Source of the DNA: Anaerolineae bacterium
GTDB lineage: Bacteria > Chloroflexota > Anaerolineae > Aggregatilineales > UBA3940
Assembly: GCA_034435375.1 (NCBI GenBank)
Contig: DAOTXR010000048.1
Span: forward strand, 16,984-80,983
DNA: 64,000 nt
Direction of reading: 5' to 3'
Shown: positions 1 to 10,461 of the stretch, in pieces
Layout of the letters: each line of letters begins with the position of its first letter
Position numbering within the stretch: position 1 is the stretch's first letter
The notes under the pieces: generated by a model
Databases searched by the model: none
Told to the model about the DNA's origin: nothing
The model's input: only the letters and a program-made list of their open reading frames with translations
Made by a program: the position numbers and the translations under genes

Positions 1-359
1 AGTCCGTGCGCCAGGGCAGCCTTGATCTTCTTATTGACGGTCTCGTCGGTCTCGCCGAAATACTGGCGACGCTCCGAATGGCCGATGATGACAAAGTCGC
101 ACAGACCCTTGAGCATCACAGGTGACACCTCACCAGTGAAGGCTCCTTGATCCTCCCAGTGCATGTCCTGTGCGCCGACACGGATGCCGGTACCCTTCAA
201 TGCCTCGGCCACTGGCGCCAATGCGACAAACGATGGACAGACTGCTGTTACAACGCCCGACACGGAGGCCAACGAGTCCTTCACCGCATCCACGAGTTCC
301 AGCGCCTCAGGGATGGTCTTATACATCTTCCAGTTGCCCGCCAAGATGGGGATTCGCAT
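1..359 (-). CDS. tpiA: Triosephosphate isomerase, N-terminal ~120 codons (3' end runs off the window)
   Basis: Absent from the ORF track because no stop lies in the window. Reverse complement from 359 reads [15 protein letters not shown]...VCPSFVAL...[19 protein letters not shown], a canonical TIM N-terminus. It lies directly downstream of gap-pgk on the same strand. Confidence 0.9.
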   Translation of the reverse strand, partial: MRIPILAGNWKMYKTIPEALELVDAVKDSLASVSGVVTAVCPSFVALAPVAEALKGTGIRVGAQDMHWEDQGAFTGEVSPVMLKGLCDFVIIGHSERRQYFGETDETVNKKIKAALAHG

Positions 360-493
360 GGGATAAGTCTCCTTGTCATGTGACTTTGTGGTGCGGCATA
401 TTCTGGATACCCACGTACTTGCACGATTGTACCACACTAACGAAACGGCGCAGGTGAATGTGGCCTGCGCCGTCGTAATGCTTGTACAGCTAT

Positions 494-1681
494 CTATTTG
501 TCATTCAGTGCAGCCAGACCCGGCAGCACTTTGCCCTCCAACATCTCCAAGCTGGCGCCCCCGCCGGTGCTGACGTGCGTGACCTTGTCGGCCAGGCCGG
601 CCTGGTTGATAGCCGAGACCGAGTCGCCGCCGCCGATGATGGTGACCGCACCCTGGGCGGTGCGGGCTGCCACAGCGCGGGCGATAGCGAAGGTACCCTG
701 GGCAAACGGTTCCATCTCAAACACACCCATAGGACCATTCCACACGACAGTCATTGTGTCGGCGAGTTGGCCTTCGAACAGCTCGATAGTCTTCGGACCA
801 ATGTCCAGGATGCGCCAACCTGTAGGGACGCCATCTGTCACGGCGATGACCTTTGTCTTGGCGTCAGCATCAAAGGCATCGGCGATGACAGCATCCACCG
901 GTAACACCAGTTTGTCGCCAGCCTTGGCGAGCAGGCCCCTGGCCGTGTCCAACGCCTCGGCTTCGACGAGTGAGTCGCCCATGGCAATGCCTCTGGCGGC
1001 CAGAAAGGTATTGGCCATGCCTCCGCCAATCACGATCTTGTCTGCCTTGCCCAGTAGATTCTCGATCACACCGATCTTGTCGGAGATCTTGGCGCCGCCT
1101 AGGATGGCCATAAACGGCCTGCGCGGGTTCTCCAGCGCAGTGCCCAGGAACTCGATCTCCTTCTCCATGAGAAGACCGGCCACGGCAGGCAGGAAGCGGG
1201 CCACGCCCTCGGTGCTGGAGTGGGCGCGGTGCGCTGAGCCAAATGCATCATTGACATACACATCGCCCAACCTGGCCATCTGACTGGCAAGTTCCAGATC
1301 GTTTTTGGTCTCGCTGGGGTGGAAGCGTGTGTTCTCAAGCAGCAACACACCGCCTTCGGGCAGCCCTGCTACTGCTTTCTCGGCTATCTCTCCAACGCAG
1401 TCGTCGGCAAAGACGACCTCAGTTCCTAACAGTCTGGACAGCACCGGCGCCACTGGCCGGATCGAATACTTAGGATCGGGGCCCTCTTTGGGACGGCCAA
1501 AATGGGACATGAGGATCACGGCACGCGGCTTCTGGTCCAGGATAGCCTTAATGGTAGGAACGGCGGCTACGATGCGGGTGTCATCGATAACTTTGCCGTC
1601 CTCGACAGGCACATTAAAGTCCACACGGACCAACACCCGCTTGCCCTTCAGGTCAATGTCACGGATCGTCTTTTTACTCAT
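494..1681 (-). CDS. pgk: Phosphoglycerate kinase
   Basis: 395-aa ORF. N-terminus [25 protein letters not shown] and full-length PGK-like sequence. Conserved gap-pgk-tpiA order. Confidence 0.95.
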   Translation of the reverse strand: MSKKTIRDIDLKGKRVLVRVDFNVPVEDGKVIDDTRIVAAVPTIKAILDQKPRAVILMSHFGRPKEGPDPKYSIRPVAPVLSRLLGTEVVFADDCVGEIAEKAVAGLPEGGVLLLENTRFHPSETKNDLELASQMARLGDVYVNDAFGSAHRAHSSTEGVARFLPAVAGLLMEKEIEFLGTALENPRRPFMAILGGAKISDKIGVIENLLGKADKIVIGGGMANTFLAARGIAMGDSLVEAEALDTARGLLAKAGDKLVLPVDAVIADAFDADAKTKVIAVTDGVPTGWRILDIGPKTIELFEGQLADTMTVVWNGPMGVFEMEPFAQGTFAIARAVAARTAQGAVTIIGGGDSVSAINQAGLADKVTHVSTGGGASLEMLEGKVLPGLAALNDK

Positions 1682-1728
1682 GAGTATCCTCTGCGACCTC
1701 TACCCAGGGAGTATGCTTGGCGCCCCTG

Positions 1729-2751
<1,023 letters not shown>

Positions 2752-2814
2752 TTAAGAAATTTAGATGCAGGTTTTCTGACGAATTGTCGATAGACGGCAT
2801 ATCCAGAGCCTGTC

Positions 2815-4122
2815 CTATGTAGGCATAGGTCTCGATTCTGCCAGCAGGCTGATCACTGCATGGGCCAGCCGTTCAGAGTCATGCCGCCATGGATGCCGCT
2901 CATCAACTAGCGATGTGGCCCGGATCGTGTAGTTCAGCCCAGCGCTTCCGTTCTTGTGTTCCAGTCGGACATAAGAGAAGTTGGAGTCAGCAGCCAGGGC
3001 AGGGAAAGCATCATTGACAAGCACCACATCGAACAGTCTCTCACCTACGTGTCGCTCGATAGCCTGAACATGGTCTGCGACTGTAAAGCCCTCTGTCTCA
3101 CCGCGCTGAGTAGCAACGTTACACACATAAACTTTGAGAGCCTGGCTGCTGCGGATAGCTTGGGTGATGCCATGCACCAGCAGATTGGGCAGAATGCTGG
3201 TAAACAGGCTTCCAGGCCCTAGCACGAGCAGATCGGCAGACAAAATAGCTTTCACGGCATCAGGATAGGCCGGAACGTCGTCTGGCTGAAGGAAGACCCG
3301 CTCGATAGATCCAACTGTGTCAGGGATAACCGACTCGCCTGCTACGCGCCGGGCATTGTTCGTTTCAGACTCGCGCAGGTCGGCAACCAGAGTCACGTCA
3401 GCCAATGTTGAGGGCATCACTTGGCCACGCACAGCCAGCACACGGCTGCTCTCGATCAGCGCCTGCTCAAAGCTGCCGGTCACGCCCACCAGCGCCGTGA
3501 TAAACAGGTTGCCAAAGCTGTGACCCTCCAATCCCCCCTCGCCAAAGCGGTACTGGAAAAGCTGGGTCATGAGACCCTCGTCACGGGCCATTGCTGCGAT
3601 ATTGTTGCGAAAGTCGCCTGGCGGGGGAACGCCCAAGTCTCGCCGTAGCTTGCCAGAGCTTCCGCCATCGTCAGCCATCGTCACGATAGCAGTCAGGTTG
3701 GCAGTGTAGGCTTTGAGGCCACGCAGCAGGATCGGTAGCCCAGTGCCTCCTCCAATGGCCACAATCTTTGGCCCTCGTTGAAGCTGCCGATGCTCCATCA
3801 GCGTGTCGATCAGCTGGCCTCCCTCGACCTCAAGCGGTGCCAGAATGGTCTGGGTGATGCGGGTCATAGCCAGGATGACCAGCACTGCGCCAAGTACGAC
3901 AAACAACCCGGCGCGTGCCCACAGCGAGGCACCTCCAAGTGTGAGGGCGAATTCAAAAGGCGGGATCGGATAGGCTCTAAAGAAGGCCAGCAGCAGGAGG
4001 GCGAAGGCCAATCCCAGGAAGGTCACGCCGAGAAACAGAACCCCCAGCCAACGCTTGATGCCGATTCCAGGCGTCAGCCACTTGCGCAGGGTATGAAAGG
4101 AGGGGATGTGACGCGCCAACAT
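2815..4122 (-). CDS. YvcK/CofD-family (UPF0052, gluconeogenesis-factor-like) protein with hydrophobic N-terminal extension
   Basis: 435 aa. KIVAIGGGTGLPILLRGLK family motif, preceded by ~100 aa containing two hydrophobic helices (WLGVLFLGVTFLGLAFALLLLAFF; LFVVLGAVLVILAM). Confidence 0.8.
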   Translation of the reverse strand: MLARHIPSFHTLRKWLTPGIGIKRWLGVLFLGVTFLGLAFALLLLAFFRAYPIPPFEFALTLGGASLWARAGLFVVLGAVLVILAMTRITQTILAPLEVEGGQLIDTLMEHRQLQRGPKIVAIGGGTGLPILLRGLKAYTANLTAIVTMADDGGSSGKLRRDLGVPPPGDFRNNIAAMARDEGLMTQLFQYRFGEGGLEGHSFGNLFITALVGVTGSFEQALIESSRVLAVRGQVMPSTLADVTLVADLRESETNNARRVAGESVIPDTVGSIERVFLQPDDVPAYPDAVKAILSADLLVLGPGSLFTSILPNLLVHGITQAIRSSQALKVYVCNVATQRGETEGFTVADHVQAIERHVGERLFDVVLVNDAFPALAADSNFSYVRLEHKNGSAGLNYTIRATSLVDERHPWRHDSERLAHAVISLLAESRPMPT

Positions 4123-4302
4123 TGTTTATCCAGTCGCGGTCATGACGCAGGAAACGAGCCGCCCTATACAGGAACGGCTTGACATGCGCCACGAACCGGT
4201 ATCGGCTTGCCACTAGGTCATGATACCCGGTATCAGATGAACTGTCAAAAATACCCAGAAGATGCAAGATCATGGGGGAGAGATGGCTGAAAGTGTGAGG
4301 CT

Positions 4303-4905
4303 TCAGTGCGTGAGATATTGCTCAACCCAGCCCAGCGACAGCGCCCCAGCATAAGCAATGAACAGCCCCTGAATGGTCTTGCCAATCCATGCGGCGATCA
4401 AGAACTGCCACCACCTGATACGCAGCGATCCGGCGACCAGTCCAGCCATGTCAAAAGCTGGGTTGGGGAAAGCAGCCAGCAACGTAATGACGATCAGGCC
4501 ATAACGCTCCATCCATGCCTTGATGCGATGATAGAGGCTAAAGTTGTCGATCACAGCGCTGCCGCCGTAGCCAGCCAGGTATCCTGAAAGTTCGCCTAGA
4601 GCTGCCCCTGGCCCGGCGACCAACCCTACCACCAGGGGATGAAGTGTACCACCCAACGCAAAAACGAAAATCAAGCCGGGGACGGGCAGCAACACCGTTG
4701 CGTTGCCAATCAGCATCGCCAAGAAGGCTCCCAGATAACCCAAGCTCTCAAGCTGGCGGAGCTGGTCGCGGAAGAGGAAGATGGCGAGCGTTACCCCGAT
4801 TGCAAATAGAAGCGCCAGGGCGTGTTTCAAGCCGAACGATTGACCCTGAGACTGCTCACGGGGCGAAGAAATGCGCTCTTCGGTGTCGCTGTCTGACTGG
4901 CTCAT
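4303..4905 (-). CDS. DedA/YqaA-like (VTT-domain) integral membrane protein
   Basis: 200 aa with several hydrophobic helices and a polar N-terminus. General resemblance to small DedA/YqaA family proteins. 4-nt overlap with the udk stop. Confidence 0.6.
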   Translation of the reverse strand: MSQSDSDTEERISSPREQSQGQSFGLKHALALLFAIGVTLAIFLFRDQLRQLESLGYLGAFLAMLIGNATVLLPVPGLIFVFALGGTLHPLVVGLVAGPGAALGELSGYLAGYGGSAVIDNFSLYHRIKAWMERYGLIVITLLAAFPNPAFDMAGLVAGSLRIRWWQFLIAAWIGKTIQGLFIAYAGALSLGWVEQYLTH

Positions 4906-5537
4906 AGCTGACCTCGCAAAGTCTGGATACGGGCCACGATCATCTCAATGGCAACCTCGTTCAGCCCGCCCTCAGGGATGATGACGTGAGCATAGCGTTT
5001 GCTCGGCTCGACAAACTCCAGATGCATGGGGCGCACTGTTTGCATCCATTGGTTGATCACTGAGTCGATGGTCCGTCCACGCTCGTGGATATCACGTTGC
5101 AAGCGGCGGATGAAGCGCACGTCGTCGTCGGTCTCGACGAAGATACGCACGTCGAACAGGTCGCGCAGGCGTGCTTCGGCAAAGATTAAGATGCCTTCCA
5201 CCAAAATGACGTGCTGCGGCCTGATGATTCGCACCTCTGAAGTGCGAGAATGGGTCGAGAAATCATAGACCGGCATCTCGATGGGCTGGCCGTTCTGCAG
5301 GGCGTGGATGTGCCTAACGAAAAGGTCAGTGTCCAGCGAGTCAGGGTGGTCAAAGTTAATCAGCGCTCGCTGTTCACGGGGAAGCTCACTCAAGTCACGG
5401 TAATAAGAATCATGGGGAATATAGGTAATGTTTTCCGCGCCAATGCGTTCCAGGATCACCCGTGCGACAGTGCTTTTCCCTGCTCCGCTGCCCCCAGCAA
5501 CGCCGATGGTGATCGGGCGGGACCTGTCTTCTGGCAT
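4902..5537 (-). CDS. udk: Uridine kinase
   Basis: P-loop ITIGVAGGSGAGKSTVA plus udk-like body (YDFSTHSR, ILVEGI). The ORF-track start at 5627 would overlap tRNA-Thr, so the start is placed at the in-frame ATG 5535-5537 (MPEDRSRP...). Confidence 0.88.
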   Translation of the reverse strand: MPEDRSRPITIGVAGGSGAGKSTVARVILERIGAENITYIPHDSYYRDLSELPREQRALINFDHPDSLDTDLFVRHIHALQNGQPIEMPVYDFSTHSRTSEVRIIRPQHVILVEGILIFAEARLRDLFDVRIFVETDDDVRFIRRLQRDIHERGRTIDSVINQWMQTVRPMHLEFVEPSKRYAHVIIPEGGLNEVAIEMIVARIQTLRGQL

Positions 5538-5600
5538 GGATGTTCCCTCTCCCTGTGGGCGGCTACAAAAAAACGCCCCAGAGCGGAGGCCAGGGCGTAA

Positions 5601-5673
5601 AGCCACCCGTGGGAATTGAACCCACAACCTGGCGCTTACGAAGCGTCTGCTCTGCCGATTGAGCTAGGGTGGC
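5601..5673 (-). tRNA. tRNA-Thr (anticodon CGU)
   Basis: Minus-strand read GCCACCCTAGCTCAATCGGCAGAGCAGACGCTTCGTAAGCGCCAGGTTGTGGGTTCAATTCCCACGGGTGGCT. It has a 7-bp acceptor stem GCCACCC/GGGTGGC, a TTCAATT T-loop and anticodon loop TTCGTAA (anticodon CGT). Confidence 0.9.
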
Positions 5674-5780
5674 GCTGGGTTGGAATTATACCAACCGTGG
5701 AAGGGGGCAGCAACATAAGAGTTGCTTCTGCTGTCTACATCCACTTTGGCGCTGTGCCTGCTGTCGCTGTTGTGCTCGGT

Positions 5781-5809
5781 TTGACCTGTTTGTGCCTGCA
5801 TGCTACGAT
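5781..5809 (+). promoter_or_regulatory. Sigma-70-type promoter for comM/yifB
   Basis: -35 TTGACC (5781-5786), 17-nt spacer, -10 TACGAT (5804-5809). This places the TSS near 5816, downstream of the ORF-track ATG at 5800. Confidence 0.5.
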
Positions 5810-5844
5810 TGGCCTGCCTATCCCCATTCTCTGGAGATGTAGAC

Positions 5845-7389
5845 GTGCTGGCCAAAGTCAACAGTTGCGCGTTGATCGGGCTGGACGCCATACTGGTCGA
5901 AGTCGAGGTAGATGCCGCCCATGGTATGCCCGGCATCACACTGGTTGGGCTGCCGGACACTGCTGTGAAGGAGTCAAAAGATCGTGTGTGGGCGGCCATC
6001 CGCAACAGCGGCCTGACCTTTCCTAGCAGTAAGCGGCTGACGATCAACCTGGCCCCTGCCGATCTGCGCAAAGAAGGCCCCGCCTACGATCTGAGCATTG
6101 CATTGGGGCTGCTGGTAGCGAGTGGCCAGATTCCTGCCGACACGTTGGATAGTTCGCTGGTGATGGGCGAGCTGTCACTGGATGGTAGTGTGAGGCATGT
6201 ACGGGGCATCCTCTCAGCCACGTATCTGGCACGCGAGCAGGGCTTCGAGCGTGTTTTCGTTCCAGCAGCAGATGCTGCCGAGGCATCGCTGATCCCCGAT
6301 GTGGAAGTCATCCCCGTTGATCACCTCATCTCGTTGGTTGAGCATCTGTTGGGGCTGGACACGATTCCGCCCTTCGACCGGGACAAACTGCATATCCCAG
6401 ACACACCGCCCGGCTATCTGACCGACTTTGCAGATGTGAAAGGGCAGGAACACGTCAAACGTGCGCTGGAGGTCGCAGCGGCGGGGGGGCACAATGTAAT
6501 GATGATCGGCCCACCCGGGGTGGGTAAGACATTGCTGGCGCGGGCTGTGCCAGGCATCCTGCCGCGCATGACGCTCGAAGAGTCGCTTGAGGTTACGCGC
6601 ATCTATTCTGTAGCCGACATGCTGCCCGAAGGTATTCCACTTGTGCGCCACCGACCATTCCGTGCGCCACATCATACCATCAGTCACGCTGGGCTGGTGG
6701 GCGGCGGATCGTGGCCCCACCCCGGTGAGATCAGCCTAGCGCACCGGGGCGTGCTGTTCCTAGATGAGCTTCCCGAATTTGGGCACAGTTTGGAAACACT
6801 TCGCCAACCGTTGGAGGATCGGCACGTAACGGTCAGCCGCGCTTCCGGCTCTATGACGTTCCCGGCCAATTTCATGCTGATTGCAGCCTCAAACCCCTGT
6901 CCATGCGGTTACTATGGCGACCCAGTCAGGCCATGCACGTGCAGTCACGCTATGATCACCCGTTATCACCAGCGTGTCTCTGGCCCGCTTCTGGATCGTA
7001 TCGACATCCACATTGAGGTGCCGCGGGTGGACTACGACAAACTGACCGATGCTCGTCGCGGCGAGTCATCGGAGACAATCCGGGAGCGAGTGCAGGCTGC
7101 CCGTGATCGGCAGGCAACCCGGTTTGGGCAGTCAGAGGAAGGCGGGAAAAAGCTGCTGTGCAACGCCGACATGGGCGCCCGAGAGATTACGCACTTTGCA
7201 CGGTTGGACTCTGACAGCGAGGCCCTGATCCGCATGGCAGTCCAGCAAATGCACCTGAGTGCGCGGACTTACCACCGGGTGCTGAAGCTGAGCCGCACCA
7301 TAGCAGACCTGGAAGACAGTGAGATGATCCGCTCTCACCACTTGGCAGAGGCTCTACAGTATCGGGCGCGGCAGCCACAAATCTCTTGA
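5845..7389 (+). CDS. comM: Mg-chelatase-like AAA+ protein YifB/ComM
   Basis: VLAKVNSCALIGLD family N-terminus, Walker A GPPGVGKT, C-terminal YHRVLKLSRTIADL. GTG 5845 is preceded by GGAGA at 8 nt and lies downstream of the predicted promoter. The ORF-track maximum is 5800..7389. Confidence 0.9.
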   Translation: MLAKVNSCALIGLDAILVEVEVDAAHGMPGITLVGLPDTAVKESKDRVWAAIRNSGLTFPSSKRLTINLAPADLRKEGPAYDLSIALGLLVASGQIPADTLDSSLVMGELSLDGSVRHVRGILSATYLAREQGFERVFVPAADAAEASLIPDVEVIPVDHLISLVEHLLGLDTIPPFDRDKLHIPDTPPGYLTDFADVKGQEHVKRALEVAAAGGHNVMMIGPPGVGKTLLARAVPGILPRMTLEESLEVTRIYSVADMLPEGIPLVRHRPFRAPHHTISHAGLVGGGSWPHPGEISLAHRGVLFLDELPEFGHSLETLRQPLEDRHVTVSRASGSMTFPANFMLIAASNPCPCGYYGDPVRPCTCSHAMITRYHQRVSGPLLDRIDIHIEVPRVDYDKLTDARRGESSETIRERVQAARDRQATRFGQSEEGGKKLLCNADMGAREITHFARLDSDSEALIRMAVQQMHLSARTYHRVLKLSRTIADLEDSEMIRSHHLAEALQYRARQPQIS

Positions 7390-7436
7390 ACAGGAGCGGC
7401 AGCGCCGCCTTCTCAGCACGTTTCCTCCGCAATAGA

Positions 7437-8774
7437 TTACTGAGACGTGCGGGGTAGGCTGACGCCTGTGTACATGGTCGGGAGCCAATTCAGTTCGCGG
7501 GCCTTGGCTTCCAATTCATCGCGGAATCGGGGGTGGGCAATGTTGATCAACGCCCGCACCCGTTCACGGATCGTTTTGCCGTGGAGATAAGCCACCCCGA
7601 ACTCAGTTACGACGTAATGTACGTCGTTACGTGTAGTCACGACGCCTGATCCTGGTTTGAGCTGCCACACGATCCGGCTGATAGTGTCATTTTTGGCGGT
7701 TGCAGGCAGGGCGATGATCGGCTTACCACCCTTGGAGCGAGCTGCACCGCGCACAAAGTCCACCTGCCCACCGACACCACTATAGAACCTCGGCCCAATG
7801 CTGTCGGCGCATACCTGTCCTGTTAGGTCAATTTCCAGGGCCGAATTGATCGAAATCATCTTGTCATTCTGAGCAATCCGAAATGGGTCATTCACGTACT
7901 CGGTGGGATGTAGTTCAACAATGGGGTTATCGTGCACAAAGTCATACAGGCGCTGTGTGCCAAGCATGAACCCGGCAATGATTTTGCCCGGGTGCAATGT
8001 CTTGGCCTCGTTGTTGATGATGCCGCGATCCACCAAATCGATGATGCCATCCGAGAATAGCTCGGTGTGAATGCCCAAATTCTTTTTATCGCCGAGGTAT
8101 TGGAGCACGGCATCGGGGATGCCCCCAATGCCCGTCTGGAGTGTGCTGCCATCCTCGATCATGTCGGCAATGTGCCTTCCGATCTCCTGCTGTATGGGCG
8201 ATGGTTCGCCCATCCTGAACTCTGGCAGGCGGTAGTCTACCTCGACAATGTAGTCAATCTTGCTGACGTGGATAAAACTGTCCCCCAGGGTGCGTGGCAT
8301 GCGCGGGTTGATCTCTGCGATCACGATTTTGGCGACCTCCGCCGCGGTCTTGGTGACCCCCACCTCAACGCCGTAGGAGCAGAAGCCGTGCTCATCGGGC
8401 GGTGAGACGTGGATCAGGGCGACATCGAGAGGCAACTCGGTGCTGTACAAGCGAGGAATCTCGGAGAGAAAGATGGGCGTAAAATCCGCACGTCCATCTT
8501 GTACAGCCTCACGCACATCCGCACTGATGAACATGGTATTCACCCGGATGTGTCCTGTCATCTCGGGATTGACGTAGTCTGCCGCGCCAACGGTGAGGAC
8601 TTGGGCGATCTCCACGTCGTGTAGATTCCGGGCGTGTTCGACCAGGGCCTTGAGTACAACCTGGGGCACTGAACAGTTGCCGGTCAGGAAAACACGCTGG
8701 CCAGATTGAATAACCTGTACTGCCTGCTCCGCCGTACAGCGTCGGTTGCGATAAATCTCCGCCCAGTGTGCCAT
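7437..8774 (-). CDS. Acetyl-CoA hydrolase/transferase family protein (4-hydroxybutyrate CoA-transferase-like)
   Basis: 445 aa. Family-typical N-terminus (...AEQAVQVIQSGQRVF...), GIGGIPDAV and EIDLTGQV motifs. Confidence 0.8.
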   Translation of the reverse strand: MAHWAEIYRNRRCTAEQAVQVIQSGQRVFLTGNCSVPQVVLKALVEHARNLHDVEIAQVLTVGAADYVNPEMTGHIRVNTMFISADVREAVQDGRADFTPIFLSEIPRLYSTELPLDVALIHVSPPDEHGFCSYGVEVGVTKTAAEVAKIVIAEINPRMPRTLGDSFIHVSKIDYIVEVDYRLPEFRMGEPSPIQQEIGRHIADMIEDGSTLQTGIGGIPDAVLQYLGDKKNLGIHTELFSDGIIDLVDRGIINNEAKTLHPGKIIAGFMLGTQRLYDFVHDNPIVELHPTEYVNDPFRIAQNDKMISINSALEIDLTGQVCADSIGPRFYSGVGGQVDFVRGAARSKGGKPIIALPATAKNDTISRIVWQLKPGSGVVTTRNDVHYVVTEFGVAYLHGKTIRERVRALINIAHPRFRDELEAKARELNWLPTMYTGVSLPRTSQ

Positions 8775-8776
8775 CC

Positions 8777-9868
8777 CTAGACCTCCTCCAACAGCACTGC
8801 CAGGTTCTGATTGAGAACCTGCCCATTGTGGACAGCTACGCCGCGCCGCAGCGCCTGGTCTTTGTCAATAGCCGCCTGTGTACCTTCGTTAGCTAACGCC
8901 TGGATGAAAGGCCAGGCTGCATTCAGATAGGCATGGGTCGCGGTGCGAGCGACCACGCTGGTCATGTTGGGCACGCAGTAGTGGATCACATCTTCCTCGA
9001 TGAAGACCGGATCGGCGTGGGTGGTTGGGCGGCTAGTCTCGACACATCCCCCCTGGTCAATCGAGATATCCAGGATCACACTGCGTGGGCGCATCGAGCG
9101 TACCATCTCACGGGTAATGAGAATCGGGGTCTTGGCGCCGGGGATCAGGACTGCGCCCACCAACACACGGGCATGCCTGACGACACGGGCCAGATTAAAA
9201 TCATATGCCATCATGGTCACAACCAAACCACCGAAGCGCTCCTCGACCATGCGTAGCCGGTCCAGATCCCTGTCGAGCAGATGGACCCGCGCCCCCAGGC
9301 TGAGGAATGTGCGGGCAGCGTTCACACCTACGACACCTGCACCTAGGATGCACACGTCAACAGGCGGAATGCCTGCTGCGCCACTGATCAACACGCCGCT
9401 CCCGCCACTATCATTTTGCAGCCAACGGGCGGCAATGGTAGGCGTCATACGGCCCGCGATCTCACTCAGTGGGTATAATACTGGCAGCACCCCGTCATCG
9501 CGCTGGATGGTCTCATATGCGACAGTCGTGATCTTCCGCTCGATCAATCCCCGCACCAACTCCCGCGGACGGGCCATCAAGTGCCAAAAGGCGCAGATCG
9601 TCTGACCCTCGCGCAGCATATCCATCTCATCGGCCCGCACGCTGCTGACCCGCAGCACCAGGTCTGCACGTTCGTAAACGCCACGTGCGCCGTAGACAAT
9701 CCGACCTCCGGCACGTTCGTAATCTGCGTCCGAAAAGCCAGCGCCCTCGCCTGCTCCGGCCTGAACATAGCAGCGGTGGCCGTCTTGTGTGGCTAGACGC
9801 ACACCTTGCGGCGACAGACCCACCCGGTATTCACCGGACTGGGTTTCGACAGGAATTCCGATATCCAT
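8777..9868 (-). CDS. ald: Alanine dehydrogenase
   Basis: MDIGIPVETQSGEYRVGL..., ILGAGVVGVNAA Rossmann motif, VLIPGAKTP, DISIDQGGCVETSRPTTH, HYCVPNM. ATG 9868 is preceded by AGGAG at 9 nt. The ORF-track GTG at 9889 is less likely. Confidence 0.9.
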   Translation of the reverse strand: MDIGIPVETQSGEYRVGLSPQGVRLATQDGHRCYVQAGAGEGAGFSDADYERAGGRIVYGARGVYERADLVLRVSSVRADEMDMLREGQTICAFWHLMARPRELVRGLIERKITTVAYETIQRDDGVLPVLYPLSEIAGRMTPTIAARWLQNDSGGSGVLISGAAGIPPVDVCILGAGVVGVNAARTFLSLGARVHLLDRDLDRLRMVEERFGGLVVTMMAYDFNLARVVRHARVLVGAVLIPGAKTPILITREMVRSMRPRSVILDISIDQGGCVETSRPTTHADPVFIEEDVIHYCVPNMTSVVARTATHAYLNAAWPFIQALANEGTQAAIDKDQALRRGVAVHNGQVLNQNLAVLLEEV

Positions 9869-9895
9869 GAGTCCATAACTCCTGCCCACAAGGGA

Positions 9896-10351
9896 TTATT
9901 GAGCCTGCTCAATCTCAAGGTGATCATCGACCCGGTAGACTCCCACTGTCGCGGACGCCAACCTCACAGCGGTGGTTTTCTCGTCTGGGTTGGTTACTGT
10001 GCCATGCAACGTCACGATCCCACCGTAGCTGGTAACGGTGATGGCCGGCGCTATCCCTTTAAGGGCAGGGTCGGCGGCCAAAGCGCGCGCCACAGCACGC
10101 TCGATGTCGGCGTCGCTGTATAGGCGGTCGATGACTTTTTCAACGCCTGGCACAGTGGCAGCGGCGTACAATACTCTCCGCCGTACCATCTCATTGAGCA
10201 CGACCCCCTTCACCGTTACCGCTCCCTTCTCAACGCTGACGGTGAACGGGACACGCGACTCGCGCACAACATTGTCACCTTCGATGGCCTCGATGACACT
10301 TTCGTAAATTTCCAGATCTGCTTCAGGCTGCTGTAACTCGATTGTTTGCAT
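9896..10351 (-). CDS. BON-domain protein (two BON repeats, OsmY-like)
   Basis: 151 aa. Two repeats of the pattern VTVKGVVLNEMVRRRVLYAAATVPGVEKVIDRL / IVTLHGTVTNPDEKTTAVRLASATVGVYRVDDHLEI. Confidence 0.7.
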   Translation of the reverse strand: MQTIELQQPEADLEIYESVIEAIEGDNVVRESRVPFTVSVEKGAVTVKGVVLNEMVRRRVLYAAATVPGVEKVIDRLYSDADIERAVARALAADPALKGIAPAITVTSYGGIVTLHGTVTNPDEKTTAVRLASATVGVYRVDDHLEIEQAQ

Positions 10352-10461
10352 GGTGGTCTTCCTTGCAGGTTACTCCCTGGCAATCAATCATGCCACAAGC
10401 TCATGAGAAGTGTCAATGAAAAACACCAGATCTGCATGTGACAATTGTCACCAATGCCGGC

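Noticed and set aside
498-1283. 261-aa plus-strand ORF antisense to pgk. Similar long antisense ORFs occur at 10801..11454, 11132..11776, 12190..12780, 24858..25487, 28862..29713, 30637..31281, 33316..33813, 37375..38121, 51663..52448, 57855..58565, 60721..61344, 61827..62498 and 63321..63902.
   Set aside because: These are typical GC-rich shadow ORFs (Ala/Arg/Pro/Ser-rich, no motifs). Each lies opposite a gene with unambiguous family motifs.
5538-5627. N-terminal 30 codons of the ORF-track udk ORF (4902..5627)
   Set aside because: This stretch overlaps the tRNA-Thr gene (5601-5673) on the same strand. The in-frame ATG at 5537 gives a normal uridine kinase N-terminus just before the P-loop.
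5800-5844. ATG 5800 as the comM/yifB start
   Set aside because: It lies inside or upstream of the predicted promoter (-10 at 5804-5809). GTG 5845 has a GGAGA SD and gives the family-typical VLAKV... N-terminus.
5601-7389. tRNA-Thr as a possible integration hotspot with an adjacent mobile element
   Set aside because: There is no integrase, no direct repeat of the tRNA 3' end, and the flanking genes (udk, comM) are housekeeping.
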